Origin: a candidate division WOR-3 bacterium
Lineage (GTDB): Bacteria; Hydrothermota; Tepidihabitantia; SM23-42; JAOAFX01
Length of the DNA stretch: 35,931 bases
NCBI GenBank assembly: GCA_039802265.1
Contig: JBDRWI010000019.1
Location: 1 to 35,931, forward strand
Reading direction: 5' to 3'
Shown: positions 1 to 10,850 of the stretch, piece after piece
How the letters are laid out: the number at the start of each line of letters is the position of its first letter
How positions within the stretch are numbered: the stretch's first letter is position 1
The notes under the pieces: generated by a model
What the model saw: only the letters and a program-made list of their open reading frames with translations
Database searches by the model: none
What the model was told of the DNA's origin: nothing
Program-made: the position numbers and the translations under genes

Positions 1-293
1 TCCATTTTACCCTCTTAACATGAGATTTTACACATTTTTTTATCTTCGTCAATAATTCGCTTTGAATTAAAAATATATTTCTCTATAATCCAAGAATTTA
101 TTTTGATGAAGGAGAAGTAAACTATCGCATCGCCATCATTTCGTCATTTTGACAATTGACGAAATGATAAAATGAAATTTCTGTTTGTTTTATTGAATTA
201 AAAAAGGCTTTATTTATAACATTAAGTCAGCCTTTGATTTACATATCAATTATTAGTGCAGGACTAACTTTTGGGTTTGCATTTTTTATTTTT

Positions 294-352
294 GCAAGGC
301 TAACCTCTGGTTCTGAAAGAACCATCGGTTCTTGAAGAAAGCCTTGCCCTAC
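294..352 (-). repeat. GTAG-type REP-like palindrome with an inserted inner hairpin
   Basis: Minus strand reads GTAGG-GCAAGGCT...AGCCTTGC (arms 340-347 and 294-301). The loop holds a second hairpin AACC-TC-TGGTTCT-GAA-AGAACCA-TC-GGTT. Confidence 0.5.
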
Positions 353-380
353 GAGAGGGAAAATCTGGTGATTTTTAATT

Positions 381-402
381 GTCGAGCAAGCTCGACCACT
401 AC
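381..402 (-). repeat. GTAG-type REP-like palindrome
   Basis: Minus strand GTAGTG-GTCGAGC-TT-GCTCGAC: GTAG tetranucleotide followed by a perfect 7-bp stem. Confidence 0.55.
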
Positions 403-450
403 AGAAAAATAACATGAATAAAAGTAGCGAGGACTCAGTTTGGTTGCCCG

Positions 451-478
451 TTGACTTTATACAAAATGGAATTATAAT
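451..478 (+). promoter_or_regulatory. sigma70-type promoter, probably leaderless
   Basis: TTGACT-16nt-TATAAT, ATG 5 nt downstream at 484, no SD. Confidence 0.7.
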
Positions 479-483
479 TTTCT

Positions 484-1401
484 ATGGATAAACCACGGAT
501 TATTTTGAGCCGGTGTTTTTGTGAAGCGGTGCGTTATAACGGCGGGATTGTGCAGGATGAGTTTGTGGAGCGTTTGAAAAAGTTTGTAGATTACGAACTC
601 GTCTGCCCGGAAATGGAAATGGGACTGGGTGTGCCCAGACCAAAGATAATTGTAATAAAAGAAAATGGCAACAAAAGGTTATACCAGCCTGAAACCCAGA
701 GAGACCTCACCCAGAATATTAAAAAATTTATAAAGGATTTTGTAGATAATGTAGATATAAATGAGTTTGATGGATTTTTGTTGAAGAGTAAATCACCATC
801 CTGCGGCATTACCTCGGCAAACTACTATCAAAACGATAAGATTGTGGGACGAACCGATGGGTTTTTTGCCGAAGGAGTAAAAAATAATTTCCCGCAATTG
901 CCGGCTGAACACGAGGGTAGGTTAAAAAATCCTGAATTACGCGAGCATTTCTTGATAAGGATATTTGCCTATGCAGAATTTCGGCGGTTAAAAGAAAATT
1001 TAAGTGCAAACGAACTTGTAAAATTCCATACCCGGTATAAGTATCTGCTTATGACTTATAGCCAGAAAGCTCTAAAAGAGATGGGCAAGATTGTGGCGGA
1101 CGGAAAGAGCAATTTGCAGGAGAAATTAGAAAATTACAAAAATCTATTTTATGGTGCATTTGCCAAAAAGCCATCCCGTTCAAAACATTTTAATACTGTT
1201 CTACATATTTATGGCTATTTTTCAAGAAAGTTGAATGAAAAAGAAAAAAGGCATTTTTTAGATCTCCTTGAAAAGTATAAAAATGGAACCATTTCATTGA
1301 CTACAATCATAGAAATGCTCAAGAACTTTTCTTATCGCTTTAACAACACATATCTTTTAACCCAGAAATACCTTAATCCTTTTCCTGAAGCGTTAGTATG
1401 A
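484..1401 (+). CDS. DUF523 (2-thiouracil desulfurase-like) + DUF1722 protein, YbgA family
   Basis: SRC..VRYNGG, CPE..GLGVPRP, LKSKSPSCG, EGRL; C-terminal FHTRYKYLLM, H.YGYF and QKYLNPFP. Confidence 0.9.
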   Translation: MDKPRIILSRCFCEAVRYNGGIVQDEFVERLKKFVDYELVCPEMEMGLGVPRPKIIVIKENGNKRLYQPETQRDLTQNIKKFIKDFVDNVDINEFDGFLLKSKSPSCGITSANYYQNDKIVGRTDGFFAEGVKNNFPQLPAEHEGRLKNPELREHFLIRIFAYAEFRRLKENLSANELVKFHTRYKYLLMTYSQKALKEMGKIVADGKSNLQEKLENYKNLFYGAFAKKPSRSKHFNTVLHIYGYFSRKLNEKEKRHFLDLLEKYKNGTISLTTIIEMLKNFSYRFNNTYLLTQKYLNPFPEALV

Positions 1402-1605
1402 TTGATACACTCTGCAAATGAAAATAAGATAAAAACCAGTGGCGAAACAATAAAATTTAATTGAGTTTATACCCCTGCTTTTTCATAATTCACTTTCACC
1501 ACAACCAACCTTTTTCGCTAAATCTTATTGCATTGCCCACAGGATTGACCAGCAACTGCGGGGATAGAAAATGCTTATTTAGGTCCGTGTGGAAAATGTT
1601 AACTG

Positions 1606-2544
1606 TTACTGCTTTTGTATTGCGTTGAGCAGAGCACGGAGGTCGTTGGTAAGTGCCTCACTAAGTCTGTTCTCATCAGAGACACTGCTTGTTTTCCTTG
1701 TTATCTCGGTCTCTTTATTTATATCTTTTAATATAATGGTGTATTCAATTTTTCTAGAAATCATGCTTATCTTCCCGGTGATAAGATAGTCAGCGAGCAA
1801 TTTTCTACCAAGCCGGTAAATCTGTATGTCGTCAATATTCGTTGTTGGATTCCATCCTTGATTGTAGTATTCAGTTCTTATCGTAGTCTTGGGGATAATT
1901 CGGAATAATTGTTGAAATGGGGCAATGGCATCGTATAATATATCCTGACTCATCTGACCGAGACCCAATGCTTCGGAATTTTCTTCGCGTAAGGCAAGAA
2001 TGCCAATATATTTCTTGGCGCCTTCCTGGGGTTGAATCGTGACTCCATACTCCCGGTTCAATTCATTAATCACTAAATCAGTAATATTCAATTCCGGATT
2101 TGCATAAAAAACGCCTTCAGAGAGGTCAATCACCATTGAAAATCCTTCCTGTGCCGCAATCTTTGCTACTGCCTCATTTATCTTCTTTAAAAGCGGTGCC
2201 ATCAGTTCGTCGTTCTTCTGTTCAATCTTACCCCCGGGTCCAAAAACATCCTGCAGATATTGATTATAGGTTTTGGTTAAATCTTCTATCTCGTCAAGTT
2301 TTTTCAGGCGCGCCTCTTCCGAGAGCAGAAGTTTTTGTGCCTCAAGTTCCTGTTTTAGATTGGTGATTGCCTGTTGAAGCGACGCTGCTGAATCACGACA
2401 CTGAGTTACAAATTCGTTGAATTGGACATTTGCGGTGGCTGTTGCCTGATATTCCTGAAAAATCCGATTTGATTCTACAAAACCAATCTTCTGTTCTTTT
2501 GCCAGAAAAAACATTGGTAATAAAATAAGAGATATTTTTCTCAT
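1606..2544 (-). CDS. skp: OmpH/Skp periplasmic chaperone with an extra C-terminal alpha/beta domain
   Basis: Signal peptide, KIGFV..RIFQEY, coiled coil, GFSMVID..YANPELNITD.VI; directly downstream of bamA; about 140 aa extension. Confidence 0.85.
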   Translation of the reverse strand: MRKISLILLPMFFLAKEQKIGFVESNRIFQEYQATATANVQFNEFVTQCRDSAASLQQAITNLKQELEAQKLLLSEEARLKKLDEIEDLTKTYNQYLQDVFGPGGKIEQKNDELMAPLLKKINEAVAKIAAQEGFSMVIDLSEGVFYANPELNITDLVINELNREYGVTIQPQEGAKKYIGILALREENSEALGLGQMSQDILYDAIAPFQQLFRIIPKTTIRTEYYNQGWNPTTNIDDIQIYRLGRKLLADYLITGKISMISRKIEYTIILKDINKETEITRKTSSVSDENRLSEALTNDLRALLNAIQKQ

Positions 2545-2564
2545 TATTACTCCTTGCAGAACTT

Positions 2565-4760
2565 TTAGAACATCCCGAATGGATTTATCTGAAAATGGGG
2601 TTCAAATCCGGGCCTGGGGCGGTCAAATCCATAACCGAGGTCAAAACCCAAGACACCCATCATTGGAATTTCAAGCCTTACCCCCACTCCAATACCCCTC
2701 TTGAGGTCATAGATGTTGACATCTTTATAGGAATCAAATGCATTACCCATATCATAAAAACAAAGCAATGCAAATCCCTGGGTGAGTTTCAACTTCAGTT
2801 CCAAATTATTTATGAAGATTGCCTTACCACCTATTGCCAGATTATTCTCGGTGGGTGTCAGAGAGCGGTCGGGATAACCCCTAACTCCATCCTCACCGGT
2901 TCCACCGGCATAGAATCTTTTATAAATTGGTACTTCCCGGGCACTTGTGACAATTCCGGCGCGGAGGCGTGCCATCAGGATTAATTTCCAGACTAAGGGG
3001 AAATATGTCCGCGTCTCAAAGGTAAAACGATTATAGTCAATATTGGCAAATAACCAGGGTTTGGCAATTTCCGATTGCAGTGAAATATAAGAACCGCTCG
3101 TGGGATTAAAGATAAAATCCCGGGTATCCCTTACAATTCCATAATTATTTGCCAGTGTCCATTTGGGAATTGTATCCTTTCTTAAATCATAGGTGCTTGT
3201 GGGATTATAACTCTCTGAGATATTCAAAATCTGGGTTCTTTCAATGCGAAATGTATAATTGAATCGCGTATAATCCAGGAAAAATGGAAAAGAAAAATTG
3301 GTTGCTGTGCCTAAATCTCTTTTTGTATAATAATCCCAAAAACGGTTTGTATAATAAATATCAAACCCGGCAGTGGTACGGGTGTCAAATAACCAGGGTT
3401 CGCTAAATCCGAACTGGATATTAGTCAATCTACCCCCGATTTCAAATTTTGTATAAATCCGCTGTCCCCGGCCGAAGATATTGGGATGGGTCAATTCAAT
3501 ATAGCCGGTAAGTTTATCCAGGGCGGAATAGGCCATACCTGCGCCGATTGAACCAACACCTTCTTTTTCTTTGACTGCGTAAATAAGGTCAATATTCCCG
3601 CTGTCATCGGGAGTTCCGGTCTGAGGTTTGATATCTTCAAAGAAACCAAGATTGAATACCTCCCGCATACTCCTCAAAACTAAAGACCGACGAAATCTCT
3701 CGCCAGGTATAGTGAGGATTTCACGCCGGATAACCTTTTCTCTCGTGCGGTAATTACCCGTAATAATAATCCTGTTGATATTGGCGGGTTGTCCTTCTCT
3801 AATATTATATTCAATGTCGATAAATGAGTCCCGAACATTCTCCACAGGTACTATTGTGCAATAGATGTATCCCTCATCTGCATACATTTCATAATATTTT
3901 TGTATAATATTCTGCATTCGGGTAAGGTTGTAGATATCACCTTTATTCAACTTTGCAATTTTTTCAAGTTGTTGTGTGGTAAATAGAATATTTCCAGTAT
4001 AACTAATATCACCAATGTAGTATCTTCTATTTTCGGTAATTTGAATGACAATCGTTATCCCCTGCTCGTTAATCTCAATCTTTGGCTCTTCAACTATAAC
4101 ATCAAGGAATCCGTTTTCTTTATAGAATGTTTTAATTTTTTCAATATCTTCCTTTAACTTATTCCTGTCCAGTTTGCCACTGCGCAAAAATCCCTTCTGT
4201 TTTGTCTGCATCTTTCGCTTTATTGCGCCATCCGAAAAGATGTGATTACCGTCAATAATTATTCGCTTTATCCGGAGCGATATTCCCTCTTTAATATTAA
4301 ACACGAGGTGTACCCGATTTAAGGTATCATGAATAAGACTATCGCCGATCTCGGTGTTGTAAAAATTTTTTTCGGCATAGAGGTCCAAAATTTTTCGCTT
4401 CGCCTCAAAAAGCCGCTGGTCGGTTAGAACCTGCCCCTCTTTTAATTCAATCTTTTTCTCCAGGTCTTTATCTTTAATCGCCTTATTGCCCACAAATTCG
4501 GGTTTACCACTCAAGAATGGTGCCTCATCAACCATTATCTTGATAAAAATGCCATCGGCGATTATTGTTGTATCAAGGGCAACAAAATTGAAGAGGCGGA
4601 GTTTATTTAGGTTTAAAATAGCCTCGCCCAGCATTCGTTCTTTAAATTCGGCACCAACCTTCAGACCACTGGATTCAATTATGAGGTCAGTATCGGTCCA
4701 GCGGGAATCAACCTTGATATCGCTGATTACAAGGTTTATTAGAAATAGATAAAGAATCAT
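2565..4760 (-). CDS. bamA: Outer membrane protein assembly factor BamA
   Basis: POTRA repeats (GN.RT..KVIRRE), N.FGRGQ, EPWLF, RFYAGG, VRGY motif, C-terminal Phe. Confidence 0.95.
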   Translation of the reverse strand: MILYLFLINLVISDIKVDSRWTDTDLIIESSGLKVGAEFKERMLGEAILNLNKLRLFNFVALDTTIIADGIFIKIMVDEAPFLSGKPEFVGNKAIKDKDLEKKIELKEGQVLTDQRLFEAKRKILDLYAEKNFYNTEIGDSLIHDTLNRVHLVFNIKEGISLRIKRIIIDGNHIFSDGAIKRKMQTKQKGFLRSGKLDRNKLKEDIEKIKTFYKENGFLDVIVEEPKIEINEQGITIVIQITENRRYYIGDISYTGNILFTTQQLEKIAKLNKGDIYNLTRMQNIIQKYYEMYADEGYIYCTIVPVENVRDSFIDIEYNIREGQPANINRIIITGNYRTREKVIRREILTIPGERFRRSLVLRSMREVFNLGFFEDIKPQTGTPDDSGNIDLIYAVKEKEGVGSIGAGMAYSALDKLTGYIELTHPNIFGRGQRIYTKFEIGGRLTNIQFGFSEPWLFDTRTTAGFDIYYTNRFWDYYTKRDLGTATNFSFPFFLDYTRFNYTFRIERTQILNISESYNPTSTYDLRKDTIPKWTLANNYGIVRDTRDFIFNPTSGSYISLQSEIAKPWLFANIDYNRFTFETRTYFPLVWKLILMARLRAGIVTSAREVPIYKRFYAGGTGEDGVRGYPDRSLTPTENNLAIGGKAIFINNLELKLKLTQGFALLCFYDMGNAFDSYKDVNIYDLKRGIGVGVRLEIPMMGVLGFDLGYGFDRPRPGFEPHFQINPFGMF

Positions 4761-7159
4761 TTAGTCTTGAATTCCAGGTGGTCACCAACCCTGATGAGTT
4801 TAATATGCCTGCCTTCTTTTATATTTCCTTTCAAAATCTCTTCGGAAAGAGGGTCTTCAATCAGACGTCTGATTGTCCTCTTTATTGGCCGGGCACCAAA
4901 CTGTGGATCAAAGCCTTCTTCAACGAGCAGTTCCTTACTTGCCTCATCAAGTTCTAAAACCATCTTCTTCTCATCCAGTCTTTCTTCAAGTTCCTTGATA
5001 AGAATATCCACGATTTTCTTCATGTCTTCTTTTGTCAGTTCTCTAAATACTATAATCTCATCAATTCGATTTAAAAATTCCGGGTTGAATAACTTCTTCA
5101 CCTCTTCCATTAACTTCGCCTTCATCTTCTCATAACTCAATGCTGGCTCAATCTTACCGAATCCAATTCCATCACTACGCTTTATCTCGGCAGTGCCGAT
5201 GTTTGAGGTCATTATAATTACAGTATTTTTGAAATCTACTTTGCGTCCATAAGAATCGGTCAGCTGCCCATCCTCAAGGATTTGCAGGAGGATATTGAAG
5301 ACATCAGGATGTGCCTTTTCAATCTCATCAAAGAGCACCACTGAATATGGTTTTCTCCGCACCTTTTCTGTGAGCTGCCCGCCTTCCTCATAGCCCACAT
5401 AACCAGGTGGTGCACCAATAAGCCTTGAGACATTAAACTTCTCCATATACTCCGACATATCCAGGGTAATGAGGGAATTTATATCGTTGAAGAGAAATTC
5501 AGCAAGACGCCGGGCAAGTTCCGTCTTGCCCACACCGGTCGGTCCAAGAAAGATAAAGGAACCGATGGGCCTGCGGGGGTCCTTTACACCCGCACGACTC
5601 CGCCTTATTGCCTTGGCAATCGCCTGTATCGCCTCATCCTGACCAACAATCTTCTTGCGCAATTCCTCTTCCATCTTTAATAATCTTTTTGACTCCTTCT
5701 CTTCTATTCTTGAAACGGGAATCCCGGTCCATCTTGAAACCACAAATGCCACATCCTCCTCGGTGACGGTTGGCTTTATGTTTTCTGAAGTAGTTTCTTT
5801 TCGTCTTTTGATTTGCTCACGAATCTTCTGCTCCTCACGGTGCAAATCTGCTGCCACTTCATATTTCTGTTCAAGCACCATCTGTTCTTTTTTATGTTTG
5901 ATTTCCTGAAGTTTACTCTCTAATTCTAATGTCTTCGGATCCTTTGTTATCTTTGACAATTTTACCTTCGCACCAGCCTCGTCAATTACATCAATTGCCT
6001 TATCCGGCAGAAATCGGTCCGTAATATAACGGTCGGAAAGATAGGCCGCCGCCTCAAGTGCCTCATCGGAGTAGATGACCTGATGGTGTTCTTCATATTT
6101 GCTTTTCAATCCCTGTAGTATACGCACTGTCTCACGGACTGTTGGTGGATTAACAATGATGGGCTGGAATCTTCTTTCAAGTGCCGCGTTCTTTTCAATA
6201 TAACGACGGTAGTCCTCAAGGGTCGTAGCACCAATACACTGTAGTTCACCCCTTGCCAGAGCAGGCTTGAGCATATTGGAGGCATCCAGTGCACCTTCAG
6301 CAGCACCGGCACCAACGATAGTATGCAATTCATCAATAAAGACTATCACATCCTTATTCTGGGTAACTTCATTTATTACCGCCTTCAGCCGCTCCTCAAA
6401 CTGTCCACGGTACTTTGTCCCGGCCACAATTGATGCCATATCCAGGGCAACAACCCGTTTATTCTTCAAGGAATCGGGAATATTACCGGCGACAATATCC
6501 TGAGCCAGCCCTTCTACAATTGCAGTCTTACCAACTCCGGCCTCGCCAATCAATACTGGGTTATTCTTTTTTCGCCGTGAGAGGATTTGGATAACCCGTT
6601 CAATCTCATTTTCTCTGCCAATGATCGGGTCTAATTTACCTTCGCGGGCAAGAGCAGTCAAATCCCTTGAGAATAGGTCCAAGGCCGAGCCGCGCCCCTT
6701 GCTCTTGCTCCGACCTGCGGTCACACCTTCGGGTCTGAGCAATTGAATTATTTCATTCTTAGCGGTCTCATATTCAATACCCATAGAGGCAAGAATCTGG
6801 GCGCCAATACTCCTTTCGGTCCGGATGATACCTAACAATAGATGTTCGGTCCCAACATAGGAATGACCAAGGTTTTTTGCCTCCTCCATTGCAAAGTTCA
6901 AACAAACCCTTGCATCATTACCCAGGGTGACATCAATCTTTGTCCCTGAACCAATTTGAATTGAATTCTCAATCGCCTTCTGCAATTCGCCAAGTTCTAC
7001 CCCGAGATTTATCAATACCATCGCCCCAACCCCTTCTCCTTCCTTTATCATTGCCAGAAGGAGATGTTCGGGCTCAATAAAGCTATTCCTGAATCTGATT
7101 GCCTCTTCCCGGGCAATGTGCAAAATCTTTCTCACCCTTTCGGTGAAGCGTTCGTGCAA
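4757..7159 (-). CDS. clpC: ATP-dependent Clp protease ATP-binding subunit ClpC
   Basis: Clp-N repeats, two Walker A motifs ([16 protein letters not shown]), UVR-like middle domain, IGF ClpP-binding loop; TTG start with AGGAGG SD; ATGA overlap with bamA. Confidence 0.95.
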   Translation of the reverse strand: MHERFTERVRKILHIAREEAIRFRNSFIEPEHLLLAMIKEGEGVGAMVLINLGVELGELQKAIENSIQIGSGTKIDVTLGNDARVCLNFAMEEAKNLGHSYVGTEHLLLGIIRTERSIGAQILASMGIEYETAKNEIIQLLRPEGVTAGRSKSKGRGSALDLFSRDLTALAREGKLDPIIGRENEIERVIQILSRRKKNNPVLIGEAGVGKTAIVEGLAQDIVAGNIPDSLKNKRVVALDMASIVAGTKYRGQFEERLKAVINEVTQNKDVIVFIDELHTIVGAGAAEGALDASNMLKPALARGELQCIGATTLEDYRRYIEKNAALERRFQPIIVNPPTVRETVRILQGLKSKYEEHHQVIYSDEALEAAAYLSDRYITDRFLPDKAIDVIDEAGAKVKLSKITKDPKTLELESKLQEIKHKKEQMVLEQKYEVAADLHREEQKIREQIKRRKETTSENIKPTVTEEDVAFVVSRWTGIPVSRIEEKESKRLLKMEEELRKKIVGQDEAIQAIAKAIRRSRAGVKDPRRPIGSFIFLGPTGVGKTELARRLAEFLFNDINSLITLDMSEYMEKFNVSRLIGAPPGYVGYEEGGQLTEKVRRKPYSVVLFDEIEKAHPDVFNILLQILEDGQLTDSYGRKVDFKNTVIIMTSNIGTAEIKRSDGIGFGKIEPALSYEKMKAKLMEEVKKLFNPEFLNRIDEIIVFRELTKEDMKKIVDILIKELEERLDEKKMVLELDEASKELLVEEGFDPQFGARPIKRTIRRLIEDPLSEEILKGNIKEGRHIKLIRVGDHLEFKTK

Positions 7160-7187
7160 ATTGACCTCCTTTAAATCCTATATTATC

Positions 7188-7215
7188 ATTTTACATAAAA
7201 ATTATTACCTGTCAA
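7188..7215 (-). promoter_or_regulatory. sigma70-type promoter of clpC-bamA-skp
   Basis: TTGACA-16nt-TAAAAT on the minus strand. Confidence 0.65.
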
Positions 7216-7251
7216 GTATTGGACAGGAATAGGTTAAAAAAGTTTATTATA

Positions 7252-8496
7252 TTATACTTTTTGGAATCGGGCAAAGAAATTAAAGAAGGTGGTCGGATGA
7301 TTTATCGGTTTCAATTTTATCAGCTTCTTACGATAAACCTTTGCTATCGCTTCTCCCACAAACTTTAAATGTTCCTTTGTGTAAACTCTCCTGGGTAGTG
7401 CGAGCCGGTATTCTTCGCCAAATACACCGCCTCTGATACCGGTCTCAAGATAAACTTGAGCCCCCAGAGCAAATGATGCATATGGGATTTTTTCTTTTGG
7501 TTTTATGACCAAACCGTGGCCACCTACCGGTTCAAAGACCTCAACCCCGCCGTTCTTTAAGACTTCTCCGAGATAGCCAACCTTTTCAATGTGTGAATTC
7601 AAAAACTCTTCATCAATTGCCTCTTTAAGTCCCACGGCCATCGCCGCTAAATCCCTTGAGGCAAGGCCACCAGAACTGGGGTATGATTCACGGGCAATTA
7701 TCTTTTTATTCAACTCCTCAAAAAGTCTTTTATCTCTACAACCTATAAACCCGCCGATATTTACCAGTCCATCTTTCTTACTACTCAAATATAAAACATC
7801 ACAGAATTTAAACATCTCCTGGCAGATTTCCTTGATTGTTTTTTTTGAACCGGAATAGCGTTTAATAAAAAAAGCATTGTCTGCAAACCGGCTCGCATCA
7901 AAGATTATTAATACCCCCCTTTTCTTTGCCATTTCATAGGTTTCTCTTAAATTATCAAGGGAAACCGGCTGTCCACCCTTTATGTTGTTGGTTAGGGTCA
8001 TTATTACTGCCTTAACCCTTTCTTTTCTTAATTTATCTTTCAGGGCATTGAGGTTAATATTACCACAATATGGTGGTTTCAGGTCCGGAATATCAACTGC
8101 CCGTGCCCCAAGTTCTTCAATATTGACACGGGTTGTTTCAAAGTGGGTATTAGATAGTATTACATCATTGGGTTTCAGGATGATGTTGAAAAGAAGATTT
8201 TCGGCGGTTCGCCCCTGGTGAACCGGCTGAATATAGGGAAATTTTGTAATCTCTTTAGCGACCTTCAGGAAGTCTTCGCTTGATTTCTGCCCCGAAAAGT
8301 CCTCCTCAGCCTCAATCATCCTCGCCCAGGCCTCGGCACTCATTGCACCGGTCCCGGAGTCTGATATAAGATCAATATAGACATACCGCGCCGGAATCAG
8401 AAACAGGTTGTAGTCGGCCTGCTCAAGCACCCTTATCCTCTTTTTCTTCGGTACTTCCTGTAAGGGCTCAACAACCTTAATCCGGTAAGGCTCCAT
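7252..8496 (-). CDS. Tryptophanase/tyrosine phenol-lyase family PLP beta-eliminating lyase (divergent)
   Basis: EPYRIKVVEP, IDL.SDSGTGAMS, HQGR.AE, GGQPVS, DASRFA.NA, SSKKDGLVNIGG (PLP Lys), RLALPRRVYT. Confidence 0.85.
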   Translation of the reverse strand: MEPYRIKVVEPLQEVPKKKRIRVLEQADYNLFLIPARYVYIDLISDSGTGAMSAEAWARMIEAEEDFSGQKSSEDFLKVAKEITKFPYIQPVHQGRTAENLLFNIILKPNDVILSNTHFETTRVNIEELGARAVDIPDLKPPYCGNINLNALKDKLRKERVKAVIMTLTNNIKGGQPVSLDNLRETYEMAKKRGVLIIFDASRFADNAFFIKRYSGSKKTIKEICQEMFKFCDVLYLSSKKDGLVNIGGFIGCRDKRLFEELNKKIIARESYPSSGGLASRDLAAMAVGLKEAIDEEFLNSHIEKVGYLGEVLKNGGVEVFEPVGGHGLVIKPKEKIPYASFALGAQVYLETGIRGGVFGEEYRLALPRRVYTKEHLKFVGEAIAKVYRKKLIKLKPINHPTTFFNFFARFQKV

Positions 8497-8504
8497 ATTC
8501 TTTG

Positions 8505-10121
8505 CTATTCTCTATTTTCTTCAAGCCTTTTTAATTTCTCTAACACGGTTCTATTTTTAGGCTGAAGTTTCAGAACCTGTCTGTAAATTTCTTTTGCCTT
8601 TGTAACCTCGTTGAGTTTGAGGTAAACATCTCCGAGATGCTCCAAAATCACCGGGTCTTCGACGAGTTCATTTGCCCGTTTTAGATCACTCAGTGCCTCT
8701 TCGTATCTTTCCAATTGATAAAAAACCCACCCCCGGGAATCAATAAAATAACCATTATTGGGCTCAATCTCCAGTGCCTTTTCAATCAATTTCAGTGCAT
8801 AACCAAGACTCTCCGCACGCTCCGCATATGTATAACCGACATAATTCAGGGCAATAGCATCGGTTGTATCGATCTCAATAATCTTCTCAAAAATTCTCAA
8901 TGCCTCATCTTTTCTTCCTATCCGGTCACATAAATTTGCCAGGGCATTTAAACTAAGAAGCGAGCGGGGGTCTAAGGATAAAGATTTTTTGTAGTAAAAG
9001 TATGCCTGGGTAAATTCCTGCTCCAATTCTGCTACAATCCCTAAAAGATAATAAATCTGAACCATATCCGCATTCCTGTGGGCGGCTTCGGTGAAGGCGT
9101 ATCTTGCAAGTTTGAAGTCCCTTTTGTCCATTGCAATGAAGCCTAAATATACCCATAATTCAACAAAATCAGGATTCACCTTAAGTGCCTCACTCAAAAC
9201 CCTCTTTGACTCCTCATATCTCCCCTGTTCAAGAAAGATTCGGGCAGCGTAGAATTTTGAATAGGTATCCTGGGGATTGAGACCCGCAGCAATTGTAAAT
9301 TCAACGAGTGCCTCATTCAACAAACCCATTTTATAGAGGGCAAAACCAAGGCTCCGGCGCACGGCAATCTCGTAATAATTGGCTGTTAGGATTTTTCTTG
9401 CAATATCAATCAATTTCTGAAATTGGTCAGTATCCATATATAAATCAACAAGTCTTTTACTTATTGAAAGTGATGTATCATATTGAATTGCCTTTTCGTA
9501 GTAATAAATGCTGGAATCCTTAATCCCCAGTATGTCGAATCCCGTTCCTATACCAACTAGGGCAGTGTAGTTTGTGGTATCAAGGGCAAACGCACGGTGA
9601 TAATAATTTATTGCGCCCTGATGGTCATTCATCTTACCACAGATTGTGCCTAATCGGTTATAAACTTCAGAAGTCCTCTTATCCTCAGCAATTTCCATTA
9701 AAATCTCTTTTGCCATTTTCAAATCACCCAGCCCTTCGTAGAGAATGGAGATTGTTTGATAGAGGTCAAGATTATCCGGATGGTAATTTAAAGCCCTTTT
9801 ATAAGTCTCAATTGCACTCTTTAAGTCGCCCTTGCCGATATACCCTACGCCTAAAATAGAATGCAAATCAAGATTATCAGGGGCAACCTGCAAACCCATT
9901 CTGGCGTATTCAATCCCCTTGTCAATCTTCTGGATTTTATAGTGAGCATTGGCAAGGGCATAATAAATCTCACTCGCGGTGGAATCCAGCGCCAATGCCA
10001 TTTTGTAGTATTCAATTGCTCCAGCAACATCATTTGCCAGTTCTTTCTGACACCCAATACTGAAAAGTTCATAGGGTGTCTCAAATAGTACTATGAATGA
10101 AAGAATACTATAAATTGCCAT
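8505..10121 (-). CDS. TPR-repeat envelope protein
   Basis: Many TPR units; C-terminal ALNYVGY..A, DS.GWV.Y and ILEHLGD motifs typical of periplasmic TPR proteins. Confidence 0.9.
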   Translation of the reverse strand: MAIYSILSFIVLFETPYELFSIGCQKELANDVAGAIEYYKMALALDSTASEIYYALANAHYKIQKIDKGIEYARMGLQVAPDNLDLHSILGVGYIGKGDLKSAIETYKRALNYHPDNLDLYQTISILYEGLGDLKMAKEILMEIAEDKRTSEVYNRLGTICGKMNDHQGAINYYHRAFALDTTNYTALVGIGTGFDILGIKDSSIYYYEKAIQYDTSLSISKRLVDLYMDTDQFQKLIDIARKILTANYYEIAVRRSLGFALYKMGLLNEALVEFTIAAGLNPQDTYSKFYAARIFLEQGRYEESKRVLSEALKVNPDFVELWVYLGFIAMDKRDFKLARYAFTEAAHRNADMVQIYYLLGIVAELEQEFTQAYFYYKKSLSLDPRSLLSLNALANLCDRIGRKDEALRIFEKIIEIDTTDAIALNYVGYTYAERAESLGYALKLIEKALEIEPNNGYFIDSRGWVFYQLERYEEALSDLKRANELVEDPVILEHLGDVYLKLNEVTKAKEIYRQVLKLQPKNRTVLEKLKRLEENRE

Positions 10122-10843
10122 AGTCTGTCAGGACTCCTTATGGGGTCATTATTGAAGAGATTATAGATTAGTCCAACCCCAAGACGATTACAGGAATTGC
10201 TTTTATAGTAAAATAATAACTTAAAGAGATGTTGCTGATACCAGAGTGATTCACCCCGGGCAATTAAAAATTCCGGAACGAAGTCACCACCGAAACTACC
10301 CGTATTAAAGAAATTTATCCGTCCCTGCAGGGCAAAATCATAATTGTAGTCTGCCCCGGCATTTATATCCCATCCATGATACTGCCAGTGGGCATAGTAT
10401 GTGTAATATAAACTCAACAAGAGACGACGGAATGTCTTTACACTCCTTGAATAATGAAAATCAACGCTGCCGATCTGAAATCTAAAACGGTTGAATATCG
10501 GCTTCTGTGTGGAAAGGGAATCAATATTGTGGAAACAATCATGGATATAACAAAGACGGATAAAGACCGGATTAAATAGATAGTCAAAGCCACCCGCAAT
10601 GTAATAATGGACATATCTTGGGTCAAACAACACACCATCACCACCCTTTACCTCAAGGTCATCCTGATAATTTAGAAAAAATAGAAAGTTATTGTATTCA
10701 ATAAATGTGCCGGACAAACTAACTGATGAATCCATGTAGTATCTTGATAGCGCAGCCGTCAGATAACGACCGAAATGAGCATAACAGTGGAGCTCAAGGG
10801 GAAATTTTAAGGCTAAGATAAGATTTAAAAAAAGAAGAGACAT
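10091..10843 (-). CDS. Hypothetical exported protein, possibly a beta-barrel
   Basis: Likely start ATG 10843, just after the rimO stop (ORF track start 10918 overlaps rimO); hydrophobic N-terminus and aromatic-rich amphipathic strands. Confidence 0.6.
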   Translation of the reverse strand: MSLLFLNLILALKFPLELHCYAHFGRYLTAALSRYYMDSSVSLSGTFIEYNNFLFFLNYQDDLEVKGGDGVLFDPRYVHYYIAGGFDYLFNPVFIRLCYIHDCFHNIDSLSTQKPIFNRFRFQIGSVDFHYSRSVKTFRRLLLSLYYTYYAHWQYHGWDINAGADYNYDFALQGRINFFNTGSFGGDFVPEFLIARGESLWYQQHLFKLLFYYKSNSCNRLGVGLIYNLFNNDPIRSPDRLWQFIVFFHS

Positions 10844-10850
10844 ACCAATC

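Noticed and set aside
1..20. Possible start of a minus-strand gene (GAGGG..ATG at 5)
   Set aside because: Only one full codon lies in the window; cannot be supported.
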